A stretch of 64,000 bases of DNA from positions 207,452,001-207,516,000 of the forward strand of contig OX597815.1 in the NCBI GenBank assembly GCA_951406725.2. Reading direction: 5' to 3'. Shown here piece after piece: positions 13,092-26,168 of the stretch (the first letter of the stretch is position 1; every line of letters starts with the position of its first letter). Made by a program: the position numbers and the translations under genes. Source of the stretch: Octopus vulgaris. Lineage: Eukaryota. The notes beneath the pieces are model-generated. The model was not told the DNA's origin. It did not search any database and worked only from the letters and a program-made list of their open reading frames with translations.

Positions 13092-13932
13092 TGCATATAC
13101 ATACGTAAAGCACACACACATATTTATTATATCGATGTGTTTATAAATATTATATAAATGTGTGTGCATATGCATGTGCGTGTGTTTATTTATATATGTG
13201 TGTATATATACACCTAAGCTTATTTAATCATATAGCATATACGTATATACATATGTACGTATGAATAAATATATATTTATATATGCATATACATACACAT
13301 AAGTAAAATTATCGAGAAATATGTATAAACTCGTATATAAATATAAACACACACGCAAACATATATAAACGTATACAGTGATTATGTTTATATATGTGTG
13401 TCTGTGTGTATATATAGTGTATAAATAAAACAGTTGCGTATAAATCATATGTATACTATATATATAAATATATAGGCAAATATTTATATTCATAAGTGTA
13501 TATAGATGTATATATGCGTATACATAAGTTTATGTATACCCACACAAAAATATACAACTGTGTAGAAATATATACGTGTGTCTATACATATAAATTATAT
13601 TAACATATGTATGTTTATACACATCAATATATAACTCTGTGTGTGTGTCTGTGTATACATACATATATATATATATGTTTGTGTGTATGTGTGTACATAT
13701 ATATTGAAAGATGATATGACAATTAAAGAAATATAAGCCATACTTACGAGCGTGTGTCGTTAGTGAAAGGGTACTGTTATCTTCGCTGCCACAAAAAGAC
13801 ACCGTTTTTATATCTAAGTTTTTTCTCTGTGGACAGAAAAACAAATCGACTTCATGTATTTGAACTATGTTACTGGCGGTTCTTTAAATACTGGTCACAG
13901 ATTTTGCCTTCAAAGAGAAAATAGTACTCATA

Positions 13933-14210
13933 GTATACGGGGCCTACGGCGCCAGTAAGTGGTCTATCTAATTTGCATAAGAGTACAAGCGTTGGCAACG
14001 AGAGAAAAAATCCATCGTTTAACTACACCATCTATTTTGTACAGCATGGCTAAAAACGCTGTTTACTAACAGCAAACGTTCGTAATTTACCTTATATATA
14101 TATATATCTATTTATTCTGTGTATAGATTGTCTGTTAATTTAATACGTTCACAATGCATGTACGTTATGCAAATTGCACAGACCCGTTTGGTTCGTTATG
14201 GGTTTCTGTA
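13933..14210. mobile_element. Degenerate MITE-like inverted repeat
   Basis: GGTCTATCTAATTTGCATAAGAGTACAAGCGTTG (~13960-13995) is an imperfect reverse complement of CAATGCATGTACGTTATGCAAATTGCACAGACC (~14150-14185). Confidence 0.4.
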
Positions 14211-14434
14211 CGCTATTAACTGTCATACCTTATTAACGAACATTTTCTATAGTAGGACACTGAATTTGTGAATCTATTATGAAGTGTTAATAAATGCTGA
14301 AATTTGGAAGATCACAAGTCAGTATGTCTAATAGTCACAGCGAGGTTTAAAATGTATTTTTACTACAATCACAACGCTTGTCAATATGTCTTATACTCTC
14401 TTCGTCTTGCATTGACCATTCTCTCAACTACAAT

Positions 14435-14474
<40 letters not shown>

Positions 14475-14658
14475 GCAAAAGCCTACAACCAACATTGAAC
14501 AGCGTCAGGCAGTTTGGTGATCCATCGACAAGAGATCCCATGTATACTGCAAAAATACAACGAAAGCATGGGAGTTCTGGATACACATAGAGATGTAACA
14601 GTGAGAGAGCATTCAACTCTGAAGATAATGCTCTGCCAAGGCGCAAATAAACTAAATG

Positions 14659-14718
<60 letters not shown>

Positions 14719-14935
14719 CATATGTATCTAGGAATTGGTGAACATTTGTGATTACAAACTCGGAAAAAACGTATATCCGTGTAATTTATTAGACGCTGAA
14801 GTCAATCTGGTAGGTAAAACACCAAGTTTCGTTTCTGGAAACTTCAGCTTCTAATAAGTTGATAGTATATACAAATTTGATGTCACTCTGAAAATGAGAC
14901 AAAATAAATAATTACATAGTATCTACATACTGACA

Positions 14936-14975
<40 letters not shown>

Positions 14976-15937
14976 CGATTTATAAGAGAAAAAATATTAT
15001 TCTGTGATTTTCTTATGGCTTTTTTTATTTCCTAGATCGTTATAGGAATTTTATTATCACTAATCCATGTTGGAGTTGCTACTTTATCGTCAAATTTAAC
15101 ATGGTTTATTACCATTATGCAGTGGAAAAATGCTATCTGGTGATATTTTATCTTAGACATACGTACAATCAGGCATATATACGAATATACTTACATAAAT
15201 ACATAACATACAAATATGTAAAATCATGCATATATTTATGCATAAAGACAAATATCCCCAAACACAAAACATACATACACGCAGGCATATATCTGTAAAT
15301 ATGTAAGTATGTATATATGTACACAAGTACGTATACCTAACACAGGTTTATATGTTTTCACAATGAAATTTATGTATATGTATGTTTACATGTCTAGTTG
15401 CATTTAAATCTTCTTTAATTAATATTCATTTGGTATTATTATTATTATGATGTAAAGAATGGAATATGTAAAATAAAACTAATGAAAACCCAAAATTTTA
15501 TTGTACAGCTTCAAGTACTAATGTACAGTGAAACTATTTCTCGTGTTCTTTTTTTAAATTTTGTATTTGTCCCCTTTTTATTTTTGTCCTTCGTCGTATC
15601 GTATTGCACAAATCAAAACGTTCCGCAGCTGTCCTGGAATAGCTTTGATCAGCTTATTTATAAGCAAAGCAACCGTAACCTGCATGACATCGGCATCACG
15701 GTTATTTTGCTTGATATAAGCGTCTCTATCGTTGCTTGATATAAGCGACTCTCGCTAGTTGTTATTTCTGGTCAAAGATGTCAGCGGCGTGAGTAATTAT
15801 TTTATTTATTAATGGATGATACTACATCTTCGAATTTTCTACATTCCAAAATGGAAAAAGAAATTAATACACTTGAATGTTTTTTCTTGCAATTATTTCT
15901 TTGTGGCTTCATTATATTTGTAAAATACTATAAATTA

Positions 15938-16345
15938 TCAAATTCTGCCGAGGTCGACTTTGCCTTTCATCCTTTCGGATGTTGCGTACTGGGGTCAATT
16001 TAATCTACTGGCCCCCTCCCCAAAAATTTCGGGCCTTGTGCCCTGAGGAGAAAAAAAATACTATAAATTATGCCGCAAATTGTGCAGATAAAATAAATTC
16101 TTTCATCTTTTACTTGTCTCAGTCATTAGACTGAGACCATGCTGGGGCACCGCCTTGAATTTTTAATTCAATAAATCGACCCCAGTACTTTTTTAAAAGA
16201 GTGGTACTTATTCGACCGGTATCTTTTACCGAACCATTAATTTATGGAGACGTAAACACACGAACACTGGTTGTCAAGCAATGATGAGAAAGAGATACAA
16301 ACAGAGAGAGACACACGACAGGCTTCTTTCAGTTTTCGTCTAGTA
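15938..16345. mobile_element. Truncated SINE A (+, ~15938-16060) and truncated SINE B (-, ~16100-16345)
   Basis: Match to the family A core GAGGTCGACTTTGCCTTTCATCC and to the reverse complement of the family B tail (TTTTACTTG..TCAGTCAT...CCATGCTGGGGCACCGCC). Confidence 0.8.
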
Positions 16346-16769
16346 ACACAGGACTTCAATAAGGTTGATTTCGATTTTCTTTGCGACATTTATCTTGTGT
16401 TGGAGTTCATTTCATGGAAAAGTAAATTTCATTTGCAATTTATTTTTAACTTAGAACATTTTTGAGTAAAATAAAGAACCTTTAAATGTTAGTAGGTAGA
16501 AATTAAATATGGGATATACTGTTCATAAATGGGAAGCAGATCTTGTTATTTTCAGGATAATTTGCTGCCGACAAAAGTTTTAGTTATTTAGATTAGTCTA
16601 ACGTGGTGAGTCGTAAGGTGGAAGAGGCGTTAGCCAGTCAGACAAAATGTTTAGCGTCATTTCTTCCGATTCATTACTTTCAGTCAAACATTGGGGTTGG
16701 TGAAATCGAAATTTTCCCCCTCCACTCAAATCTTCTGGCTTTGTACCAAACAGTTAGAAAGAATTCATT

Positions 16770-16982
16770 TCTTTTCTCGGCACAAGGCCAGAAATTTTTG
16801 AGTAGCGGGGTCAATCGATTAGATCGACTCCAGTACGCAACTGGTACTTAATTTATCGACCCCGAAAGGATGAAAGGCAGAGTCGACCTCGGAGGAAATT
16901 TGAACTCTGAAAGTAAAGACAGAGGAAAATATCGCTAAGCATTCCGCCCAACGTGCTAACGTTTCTGCCAGCTCGCCGCCAT
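16770..16982 (-). mobile_element. SINE family A monomer (long-tail variant)
   Basis: Reverse complement of the family A head/core, lying head-to-head with the multimer at 17019. Confidence 0.85.
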
Positions 16983-17018
16983 AAAATTAGAAAGAATTGT
17001 TTAGATTAATCTTGACTT

Positions 17019-17816
17019 AAGGCGGCGAACTGGCAGAAACGTTAGCACGACAAGCGAAATGCTTAGTGGTGTTTCCTCTGTCTTTACGTTCAGAGTTCAA
17101 ATTTCCTCCGAGGTCGACTCTGCCTTTCATCCTTTCGGGGTCGATAAATTAAGTACCAGTTACGCACTGGAGTCGATGTAATCGACTTAATCCCTTTGTC
17201 TGTCCTTGTTTGTCCTCTCTGTGTTTAGCCCCTTGTGGGCAGAAAGAAATAGGTATTTCGTCTGCCGCTACGTTCTGCGTTCAAATTCCGGCGAGGTCGA
17301 CTTCGTCTTTCATCCTTTCGAGGTCGGTAAATTAAGTACCAGTTACGCACTGGGGTCGATGTAATCGACTTAATCTCCTTGTCCGTCCTTGTTTGTCCCC
17401 TCTATGTTTAGCCCCTTGTGGGCAGTAATGAAATAAGAAACGTTAGTACGCCGGGCGAAATGCATAGCGGTATTTCGTCTGACGCTACGTTCTGAGTTCA
17501 AATTCCGCCGAGGTCGACTTTGCCTTTCATCCTTTCGGGGTCGATTAAATAAGTACCAGTTACGCACTGTGATCGATGTAATCGACTTAATCCCTTTGTC
17601 TGTCCTTGTTTGTCCCCTATGTGTTTAGCCCCTTGTGGGTAGTAAAGAAATAGGTATTTCGTCTGTCTTTACGTTCTGAGTTCAAAATCCGCCGAGGTCG
17701 ACTTTGCCTTTCATCCTTTCGGAGTCGATAAATTAAGTACCAGTCGTATACTGGGGTCGATCTAATCGACTGGCCCCGCTGCCCAAAAATTTCGGGTCTT
17801 GTGCCGAGAGTAGAAA
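17019..17816 (+). mobile_element. SINE family A tetramer flanked by one TSD
   Basis: Four core repeats. 15-bp direct repeat AGATTAATCTTGACT at 17003-17017 and 17817-17831. Confidence 0.9.
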
Positions 17817-17898
17817 AGATTAATCTTGACTAAAAACAAAAAATAAACTTTGTGATGTAAAATATATGGACGGTTTTATTTTTCCCTTTATATAAATA

Positions 17899-18290
17899 CT
17901 AGCAGTATCGCCCGGCGTTGCTCGGGTTTGTAAGGGAAATAACTATATAAGCATTTTTAGAGATGTAAAGTATAATAGCCATCTCAATATGGCTAACCAC
18001 AAAGGAGGGGGTGTTACTGTAGCTTTTTACGTTCTGAGATTTAATAATAAATTTTTAGAGAGTTACTTCCCTTATATATGCCAAAAATGCATTAAAAATG
18101 GGAAAAATTGATGGTAATTTTTTTAAAATCGTAGACTCATCGTAGACGCGCGCTAATACCCAGAAGGGCTCGATATGAATCATGACTATAAGATACCCGG
18201 TTTTGGTTAAACTGCACCGCAAAATGTGGGAGTAGTTAGGAATCTAAATCGTAGGAGACAGACACACAACTTGACTTTTATATATAAAGA
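17899..18290 (-). mobile_element. Non-autonomous Helitron, family H1
   Basis: On the minus strand it begins 5'-TCTTTATATATAAAAG and ends with the hairpin CCCGAGCAACGCCGGG then CTAG. It sits between A and T with no TSD. Two more copies lie at 59779 and 63601. Confidence 0.9.
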
Positions 18291-18595
18291 TTATGAGTGA
18301 CAAATTTTCTTAAGATAATAAAGAAGCATTCCATTTCGTATTTGTTTAACTTTTTTTAAGTATTGTCCGATAACGCTAGTAATTGAGTTCTTTTAAGGTG
18401 GATGATGGCAGACTCAGTAAAGTGCTAGAGTAAATATCTTGCTGTATTTAGAAGTTCTGTACCTTTATTTCCCCCGGTAAAATCAATACCAGGTAGACCT
18501 TGTCCAATAATCTTCTAAGGTCGATAAACTAAATAACAGTGATCCACCAGAAATCAACTAAATAAGTCTGCTATGAAAATTGTGTTTACAAAAAA

Positions 18596-18860
18596 AATAT
18601 CCCCCCGAAGAACCTAAGAGACCTGCATGGGGTGGATGCAGATGTCTTTAAAATGAAACTGGATCTCTTCTTGTCAGGTATCCCAGATGAACCAACTTCA
18701 CGGCAGGAGGTACACTTGAGGGCAGCTGCATCGAACTCTCTCATGCACCAAATGGCAATTGCTAAAAAGCATTCGTGAAGTAAAACCATGTAACAACACC
18801 AAATGGCGGTGCCCCAGCATGGCCACAGCTTGTGAGCTGAAACTAGATTAAAAAAAAAAA
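18596..18860 (+). mobile_element. 5'-truncated CR1/L2-group LINE 3' end
   Basis: NIPPKNLRDLHGVDADVFKMKLDLFLSGIPDEPTSRQEVHLRAAASNSLMHQMAIAKKHS* (TGA 18776-18778) resembles the LINE ORF2 C-terminus (N.LP..LR...FK..LD.FL). A short 3' UTR with a stem-loop and an A-run follows. Confidence 0.75.
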
Positions 18861-19396
18861 CTTAACCCTTTATTATTCTGTATCAATCAAGGGCGATGCA
18901 TAATTAACAGAATCGGCAAAAAAGAAAATGCTTTGCAGTATTTATTTTGGTTCTTTACGCTTTTATTTTGGTTCTTTAAGTTCATATCCCGCATTGGTCA
19001 ACTTTACCTTTCAATTTGACAGTCTCAATAAAGTAAAGCACCAGCCAAGTTTTGGACTCGATGGTTTCGACTAACTACTTCGTCAAAACTACCAGCTTTG
19101 TCTTTTAATTAGAAATTATTTTGTGCATTAAAAAACTACAGCTAAGTGCATTTCGCTTCCTACAAGTTTGGAGCGATTGAACTTAGTTTGGTTTTGATAG
19201 AATATTTAGTCGATTGGAATGACTCAAAGTAATACTGGTACTTTATGGATATTCTATGGATAGCAGGCAAAGTAAACTCTAGAGGAAATGGAACTCAGAA
19301 CATAAAAGAATTTAACTAAAACTAAATATCTAGATATTTTGGCTGTGCTCAACGGAAATATCTTCTTACGCAGTCGCCTGGTCTGCTAGACACACC

Positions 19397-19427
<31 letters not shown>

Positions 19428-19428
<1 letters not shown>

Positions 19429-19653
19429 GCCATTTTAAAGCCTAGCCAGGCTCATGGGTCCGGTTTCAATGGCGTATTTGTTCCCCAGCTGGACGGGACG
19501 CCAGTCCATCGCAGCGTTACTCATTTTTGCCAGCTAAGTGAACTGGAGCAACGTGAAATGAAGTGTTTTGCTCAAGAACACAACGCGTCGCCCGGTCCAG
19601 GAATCTTACGATCATGATGCTGACACCCTAACCACTAAGCCACGCGCCTCCAC
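19428..19653 (-). mobile_element. tRNA-derived SINE family C (body Y + module P)
   Basis: Minus-strand head GTGGAGGCGCGTGGCTTAGTGGTTAGGG (A-box-like), body TTGTGTTCTTGAGCAAAACACTT, then GCGATGGACTGGCGTCCCGTCCAG. Confidence 0.85.
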
Positions 19654-21185
19654 ACATCACACCCTACTGTCTTGTAAAATAGGACGTAATGGATCATTTA
19701 TTCTTAGATATCCTTAAAATATAGGATGGTTCTGATTGGAGCGTTTTTGACCATGTATTTAGTTGATCAGCGTAGACCTTTAGGAGCCAAACAACAATGC
19801 TACACACTTAAATGCCGTAAGGACGAAAAGAGAGAGAAAAAGAAACTCTTCTGAAGTAGAAATTTCGATGCGGTTTCAATTCTTGAGAGAAATTATTTAA
19901 TTTTATTCACACTACTGCGTGCCCGAAGGGTATACTATTTACCAAAAATTAATTTTTAAAAGAATATTGATGAAGCATTTCTTCTGGTTTAAATAAAGTT
20001 TCGTCTGTTAATTTCTGTCTTAAGAATTAATTGCTTAATGGCATTAACAAAAATATCTGTGCGTTTACTTAACATATCTTCACCAAATACATTTCCTTCA
20101 TATTTTGGCATTTTATACTTCTAACGCATGCGAAACTATTTCCTGCCAATCTTGAACTAAAGAGCAATTATCTGTAAACAACATTTGAAAATTCATTACT
20201 TCTCAAAAATTGCAGCGAGATATATAATCATACTCTCATACTCGCATCTACCCTTCATACTTATTTATCTTTCATTTACAAAATACTCCACTCTCTTGCT
20301 CCCATTATATACATATATATATATATATATACTGTAAGTAAGCAAGAGAAAATGTGTTAAACTAATACTAACAATAAATTAACTATTGCTATCGTCCATG
20401 GCAGCTCATATGTCATGTCTCTAAATAACTCCGAACTCGAGATTGCAAAGAGATATTGAAGTGCAACTTACTGATATAGAGTTACACAAACTTAAAAGAA
20501 TGAGACGTTAATATATAACATTTTGTTAGAAACAGAATAAGTAATTTTTCAACATCTATAGAGTGATATTTCACATTTGTTAAAACCTTTTGGCTTCTCT
20601 CTTTTTTAAAAACACAAAGCCCGATAGTTTAGTGAATGAGTGAAGCCCCTTTCTTACCTTCACATACTAGTATTATTTTAGGAGTACAGCATCTGTCACC
20701 TACTCAACTCCCTGTAAGTTAGCTGGTATACACTCAAACTCTTTTATGTTGATTAAATAACAAGGAATGACAAATAAGCAAAATCATAGGCGTTGAAATA
20801 AGTCACTGCCACCAGTTTACTGATTATCATAGGTTATAATTTTTGCGTTTAATGAAACAGAAAGGAAAAAGAATCGGTGAAAAGATTTCGGCGACGCTGA
20901 CTGTAGTTGGAAACGAAAGGTTTGACCTTCATTCTCTCACTCAGCCACAGTTTCTGCGACCAAAAAAGTGAAGTAAATTTCTACCAAGTATATATTCATT
21001 CTTCATACATTCCGGTTGGTTTGAACGTGAATAGGTTAACTGATGTTGTATTTCCCTTACGGAGAACACCCTCTCCTTTCAGAGAATGTGTGTTGGCAGC
21101 ACATTTGATTCATTAGAGAGGGACTTTGAGACAGTGGTGTGTCAAGCTGATTGTGTATTTTCTGTCAAAGCTACACCCGAATTAA

Positions 21186-21448
21186 CATATAAAGCGCGAC
21201 GGGTCACGATCGTGGCCGTCAGGCACAGGTTGACAGGCCACGATCGTGACCCAAATAGATGCATTTAATTTAAGGGCGTTTGTTGAAATGTCTGTCAAGA
21301 GATAGTTCAAATATTGACTTTTGTGATGATATACCAAGAATATATTTTAAACTATTTTTTGTTTTTTATGTGTGCATGGTACTCTCGTTTTCATAAAATG
21401 TGCTCAGCAGTCCATGCTATGTAAGTGCAAATCCCAGCGCTTTATAGG
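21186..21448. mobile_element. piggyBac-like MITE with internal palindrome
   Basis: TTAA-CATATAAAGCGC ... GCGCTTTATAGG-TGAA gives an imperfect TIR and TTAA-like TSD. Internal 17-bp perfect IR GGGTCACGATCGTGGCC / GGCCACGATCGTGACCC. Confidence 0.5.
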
Positions 21449-22714
21449 TGAATGAAACTAGATTAAAAACTATGGATTTTGCTAACAGAAATAAGAGAGC
21501 AAATTATTTGCTGATGTATGCTGATATCCACAGGTAAAATACAACAGCAAGTAAGGTATTTATGTTCAAACCTGCCCGAATGCATTTAGAATGAATATGT
21601 ATATCAACGTTTTGATTCCCGCTGGTTTATGTACGCGTGATAATTTATTGCGAAGTAAATTTGTTCAGCGAGAATGTTATTCAGTAGTGACATATATTGC
21701 AGTATAGGACTACAGCAGTTTTGTTAAATTTGGAGCTTAATATTCAATGTATTAATCAAAATAGAGCAACTGCATCCCCACCCACGGAAAAACGAACAAT
21801 GAATTTCTCTCTTCAACATCATACTACAAAACCTTAATGTCAGATTTGAAGTGTTTATTTTAAATTAGCTACATTTATAACAACAATAATATAATAGAAG
21901 CTTCGTGAAGATATAAATATAGCCCTCGTATTACCTGTCAAGCTAAATCTGGGTCTATTGTCAGCATCGCTGACTTTCTCTTCCTTTTAAATAACCAATA
22001 TGTTTAAAACGCAAGTATCGAGAAAAATAACGGAAATTAATCATCAAATTTCCAGAGCAGTTTGAAGAGTGAACCGAGATACTTTTAAAGCTGTCCAAAT
22101 AAATAATGGTTATTGAGTGAGGGTAAGTTCATGAAGTCATCCTAATTTTGTTAGAAATATGGGCAACAAAAGGAATCTTTATTTTATACAGAAAAGAGGG
22201 ATGTTGAATTAGGCATTGAAGTTAGATTATTAACTTCTTGCTATTCTTCAACTAAATCTAATTTATTGTGATATTTATTCACATGTATGTAAATATAAAT
22301 GGTGTGAGTATACTGTAGGAGCAGAAAAATTATCAACTTACAAATATGTATAAGTATAGAGATTATTGAGCGCTGAGTACGCCACGTTTCACACTTCAAG
22401 TGTAAAAATACGACTCTAAGCATATCTAAGAGAGGTCTATTCTTGTCCGCTTAAGTATAGGGTTTTGTTTTCATATGAAAAGCTAAAATCTGCTTAGTTT
22501 TCAAAATATGTGTGTATAAATTTAACATTATTACTAAAGACCAAGTCACAAGTCTACCTTTTTTCCCAGTTCCCCCTTTTGTCACGCTAGAGAAATGCGG
22601 AAACGGAAAACAGTGGCTGTGTTAAGAAAGCGAGAGACGGATTAGGGCGGCGGAAAGAGAAATAACCAACAGTCAGCCAAAAAGACAAGCTGTCATTTCA
22701 ACTCTGCTTTCAAC

Positions 22715-23670
22715 AGCAATAGATTAGTAGAATCATCAGAGCGTCAATCAAAATAATCTGTGATATGTGGTACGGCTCTTTGCATTCTAAGTTCAAATCG
22801 TGTCAAAGTCAGCATTTATCTTTCGTCCTGTCGATAAAATATGATATCAATCAAGTACTGAGGTCGATAATATTGACTAAATCACTTACCAAAATAGCTA
22901 GCTTTGTGTCTGATTTAACAACATTGTCTAATTAGCAAAACCATTAGAGCTTTGAGTAGAATGATTTACGGTAATTATTCCAACTCTGAGTTCAAATCCC
23001 GCAAAGATCAACTTTGCCTTTCATCTTTAAGGGGTCGATAATAGAAAGTATCAATTTAACAATAAGCTCGATGTCATCGATTAAATTCCTCCCTTCAAAT
23101 TGCTGTTTTTTTGGGGGGGGTTGCTTATTTTAGAAACAGTTTTTATAAAGGCGGTGGGTTGGTAAAATAGTTCAAAACAGTATTTGTTTCGGCTCTTTAT
23201 ATTTTGAGTTCAAATCCCTCCGTGGTCAACGTTGTCTTTTATCCTTATAGAATATGGTAGCACTCGGTTACTTGAATCGATGTAAGCAAATAGCTCCTTA
23301 CCTCACCTTCTGGGTTGCAAGCCGGTAAATTCGTTTGCGCGTCGAACAAAATGCTTAGTGGCATTACTTCCAGTTCTTTACGTTCGATTAATTTTCACCC
23401 TTAAAATTTCTGACCTTGTGTCAAAATTTGAACCTTTATTTCAAAAAAAAAAAAGAGAAAGGCAGTGAGCTAGCAGAATCGTTAACTCGTCGGATAAATG
23501 GTTAGTGGTATTTATTCCGGCTTATTACATTCTGAGTTCAATTGCTGCCACTTCGACTTTACCTTTCATCGCTTCGAGGTCGATAAAATGAGTTCAGACG
23601 GTGGAGTCGATGCAATCGACCAGATCCTTCACAAAAATTTGAAATCTTGTGCCTTTAGTAAAAAGAATAA
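22715..23670 (+). mobile_element. Tandem run of ~5 old, diverged SINE A-related copies
   Basis: Repeated GAGTTCAAAT...CTTT..CCTTTCATC...GTCGATAA motifs at roughly 190-200 bp spacing. Confidence 0.7.
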
Positions 23671-24039
23671 TTATTACATCTTTGTTGCTTTCTAATCCTG
23701 ATTTTTCCTCCAGCCATCTTATATTGCATAAATCTGAACAGAATTATAATAGTTGTGTATAATAATGTAGTGAGAGAATGTTTTAATGGCAATACTGTTA
23801 AAGCTTATTAAAAGTGGTTTTCTTTAAAGTACGTTTTGTTAAATATCTAATTTGACGAAGAATTTGCTTGAAATGGGTTTTGAAGGGCGGCTCCAAATAT
23901 AATGTTTCTTAGTATATGTGAATGAATGTTTATTGGCCCCGCTGCGCTGTGTTGAGAGCAAGTATCATGTTTTGATGTAACTAAGAGAAATAAAACAACC
24001 CAAACAATCTTAATTCATTAAGTAAATATTTTTAGTATT

Positions 24040-24319
24040 TTATCTTTTACCTTTTGCCTGTTTTAGTCATTGGACTGCGTCTATGCTGGGGCACCGCCTT
24101 GAGGGGATTATTCGAACAAATTGATCCCAGTACATATTTTCTTAAAACCTCATGCTTATTCATTCGGCTTCTTTTGTCGAGCCGCTGAGTTACGGGGACG
24201 CAAACCAGCACCGGCTGTCAATCTGTGGTGGAGAATGATAAGCACACAAGTATATGCTTATACATAGATAGATAGATAGATTGTTAGATAAATAGATAGA
24301 TAGATAGATTGTTAGATAA

Positions 24320-24360
<41 letters not shown>

Positions 24361-24375
24361 CAGATTGTTAGATAA

Positions 24376-24409
<34 letters not shown>

Positions 24410-24437
24410 TGTTAGATAAATAGATAGACAGACAGGC

Positions 24438-24504
<67 letters not shown>

Positions 24505-24620
24505 CGCGACTGGAATCTCAATCTCCATCAAGCCAATCCACTCACGAGGCTTTGGTCGGCTAGGAGCTACAATGGAAGGCGCATGCCGAAGGTGTCACGG
24601 AGTAGGACTGAACCTGGCTC
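24040..24620 (-). mobile_element. SINE family B copy with expanded internal (GATA)n
   Basis: The family B tail (reverse complement, ~24040-24230) and head (~24525-24620) flank a (GATA)n array at 24265-24503 that contains repeated GATTGTTAGATAAATA units. Confidence 0.8.
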
Positions 24621-25099
24621 CTCCATTTTATTCACCAATTGAAATCCTATTGCTTGTTGCTGTTCCTGCTTAACTCCAAGTTGGCATTGATTATGCAGAC
24701 CTACGCTTAGAGATATTTCAGTTAAAGCCGTCCATTTATTCTATCCTCCTTGTCATATTGTACTCTGGAATGTAAAGTTCTTTTTCTAAGAAGTCATGGT
24801 ATGATTTCACGGAATATTTGACTATGATTTCTAACGGAGTAAGGGACTGTGTGACGGTCTCCTTGTCTATTTTGTTCAATGCAAATTTCAAACAATTGGG
24901 ATTTAATCATTTTCCCATGTTATTTGTTTCACGAATGTTTAGAAAATTGATGAGGATCATGCTTTGCAAACCGAGACATCAAATTACTTTCTCAGTTGTA
25001 TATCTTCCTTGAAAAGCATATCTGCTGCTTTTGCACGCATCATTGCATTTTCGCAGGCACTCCCTCTCCCGTTATTTGTGTTTAAGCAACGGTTTAAAG

Positions 25100-25807
25100 C
25101 AGCGATCCCCAACCGACGAGGCCATGTATTATTTGGTTCCGGACCACATAGAAATAATGCATTTTAAAATTTAATTTCTATTTTATCGACTATCACTGTC
25201 TGAAGGGTGTTTTTGCATTATATTTGTATTACATATGTAATAATAAAATTAAATATTACGCACTCTAATTAGAGACTTCAAACTTGAAATCTTCAAAGCC
25301 ACAGTCGAACCAATTCTACTATATGGCTCAGAAACCTGGACGTTATCAAAGAAGCTTGAGAGGCGGTTGGATGGAACCTACAATCGCCTCCTTATGAGAG
25401 CTCAAAATCTCTCGTGGAAGCGCCATCCAACCAAAATGCAAATATATGGGAAACTACCACCTGTGTCATCTCTTGTGAAAGGTAGGAGAGTCCAGTTTGC
25501 TGGACATTGTCGTAGAGCTGAAAAAGAGGTAATTTCTACTCTTCTCCTCTGGAAGCCATCTGCTCGCAGTACCAGGGAGCGTACACTCTCCTACCCTGAT
25601 GTAATCTCCAGGGATACAGGCATCCAGCAACAGGACCTCAGTAATGCCATGATGGACCGTGAAGTCTGGCGTAGCATGGTAAATTCCATTGTCTCGACCA
25701 CGGTCGAACAATGATGATGATGATGTTATATGTGTAATCCCCAATCTGCGGGGGAAAATGTCTTGGGAAAAATCGGTCTATGGTGCAAAAACGGTTGGGG
25801 ATCTTTG
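25100..25807. mobile_element. hAT-type MITE (8-bp TSD) hosting a LINE insertion
   Basis: TIRs CAGCGATCCCCAACCG / CGGTTGGGGATCTTTG. Flanks GTTTAAAG (25092-25099) and ATTTAAAG (25808-25815). Confidence 0.75.
25265..25725 (+). mobile_element. 5'-truncated RTE-clade LINE 3' end with (TGA)n tail
   Basis: Open frame LIRDFKLEIFKATVEPILLYGSETWTLSKKLERRLDGTYNRLLMRAQN...RRVQFAGHC...MMDREVWRSMV...EQ*, which extends the ORF-track entry 25367-25714. LLYGSETWT, AGHC and DR..W are RTE motifs. The tail TGATGATGATGATG starts at the stop. Confidence 0.9.
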
Positions 25808-26168
25808 ATTTAAAGCAATTCGATTTTGTTTTCGTTAGGCAATAGGTTATATCTATTACTTGGCAGAATTTTATTCAGCCAGTTGTAATAAAGTTTAACA
25901 GTTTTAGAAACGTTTATTTGGAGAAGACATTCATTGACAGCAAAATTCTTTGTGGCATAAAGGTTTTTCTCTAAATGATTGTTTCGTTTTATACGATGGA
26001 AAAATCTAGAAGTGACTCTCAAACTACATAACACTATTGTCTTTAGTTTTTAGGACATATCGCTATCCCTTCTATAAAAGCGTCTTTGTCATAATAAGAT
26101 AAGATGAGAGAGAGAGATACTAAATTGTATGACCACGGGTTTTCATCATAAATCTTACGCAAAAATGT

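Noticed and set aside
17370-17567. Recurrent peptide MRNWYLFNRPRKDERQSRPRRNLNSER in many ORFs
   Set aside because: It is the antisense translation of SINE A. The recurrence reflects copy number, not a protein family.
20850-21170. Unique non-repetitive stretch with short ORFs
   Set aside because: No domain motif and no convincing acceptor/donor pair, so it cannot be supported as an exon.
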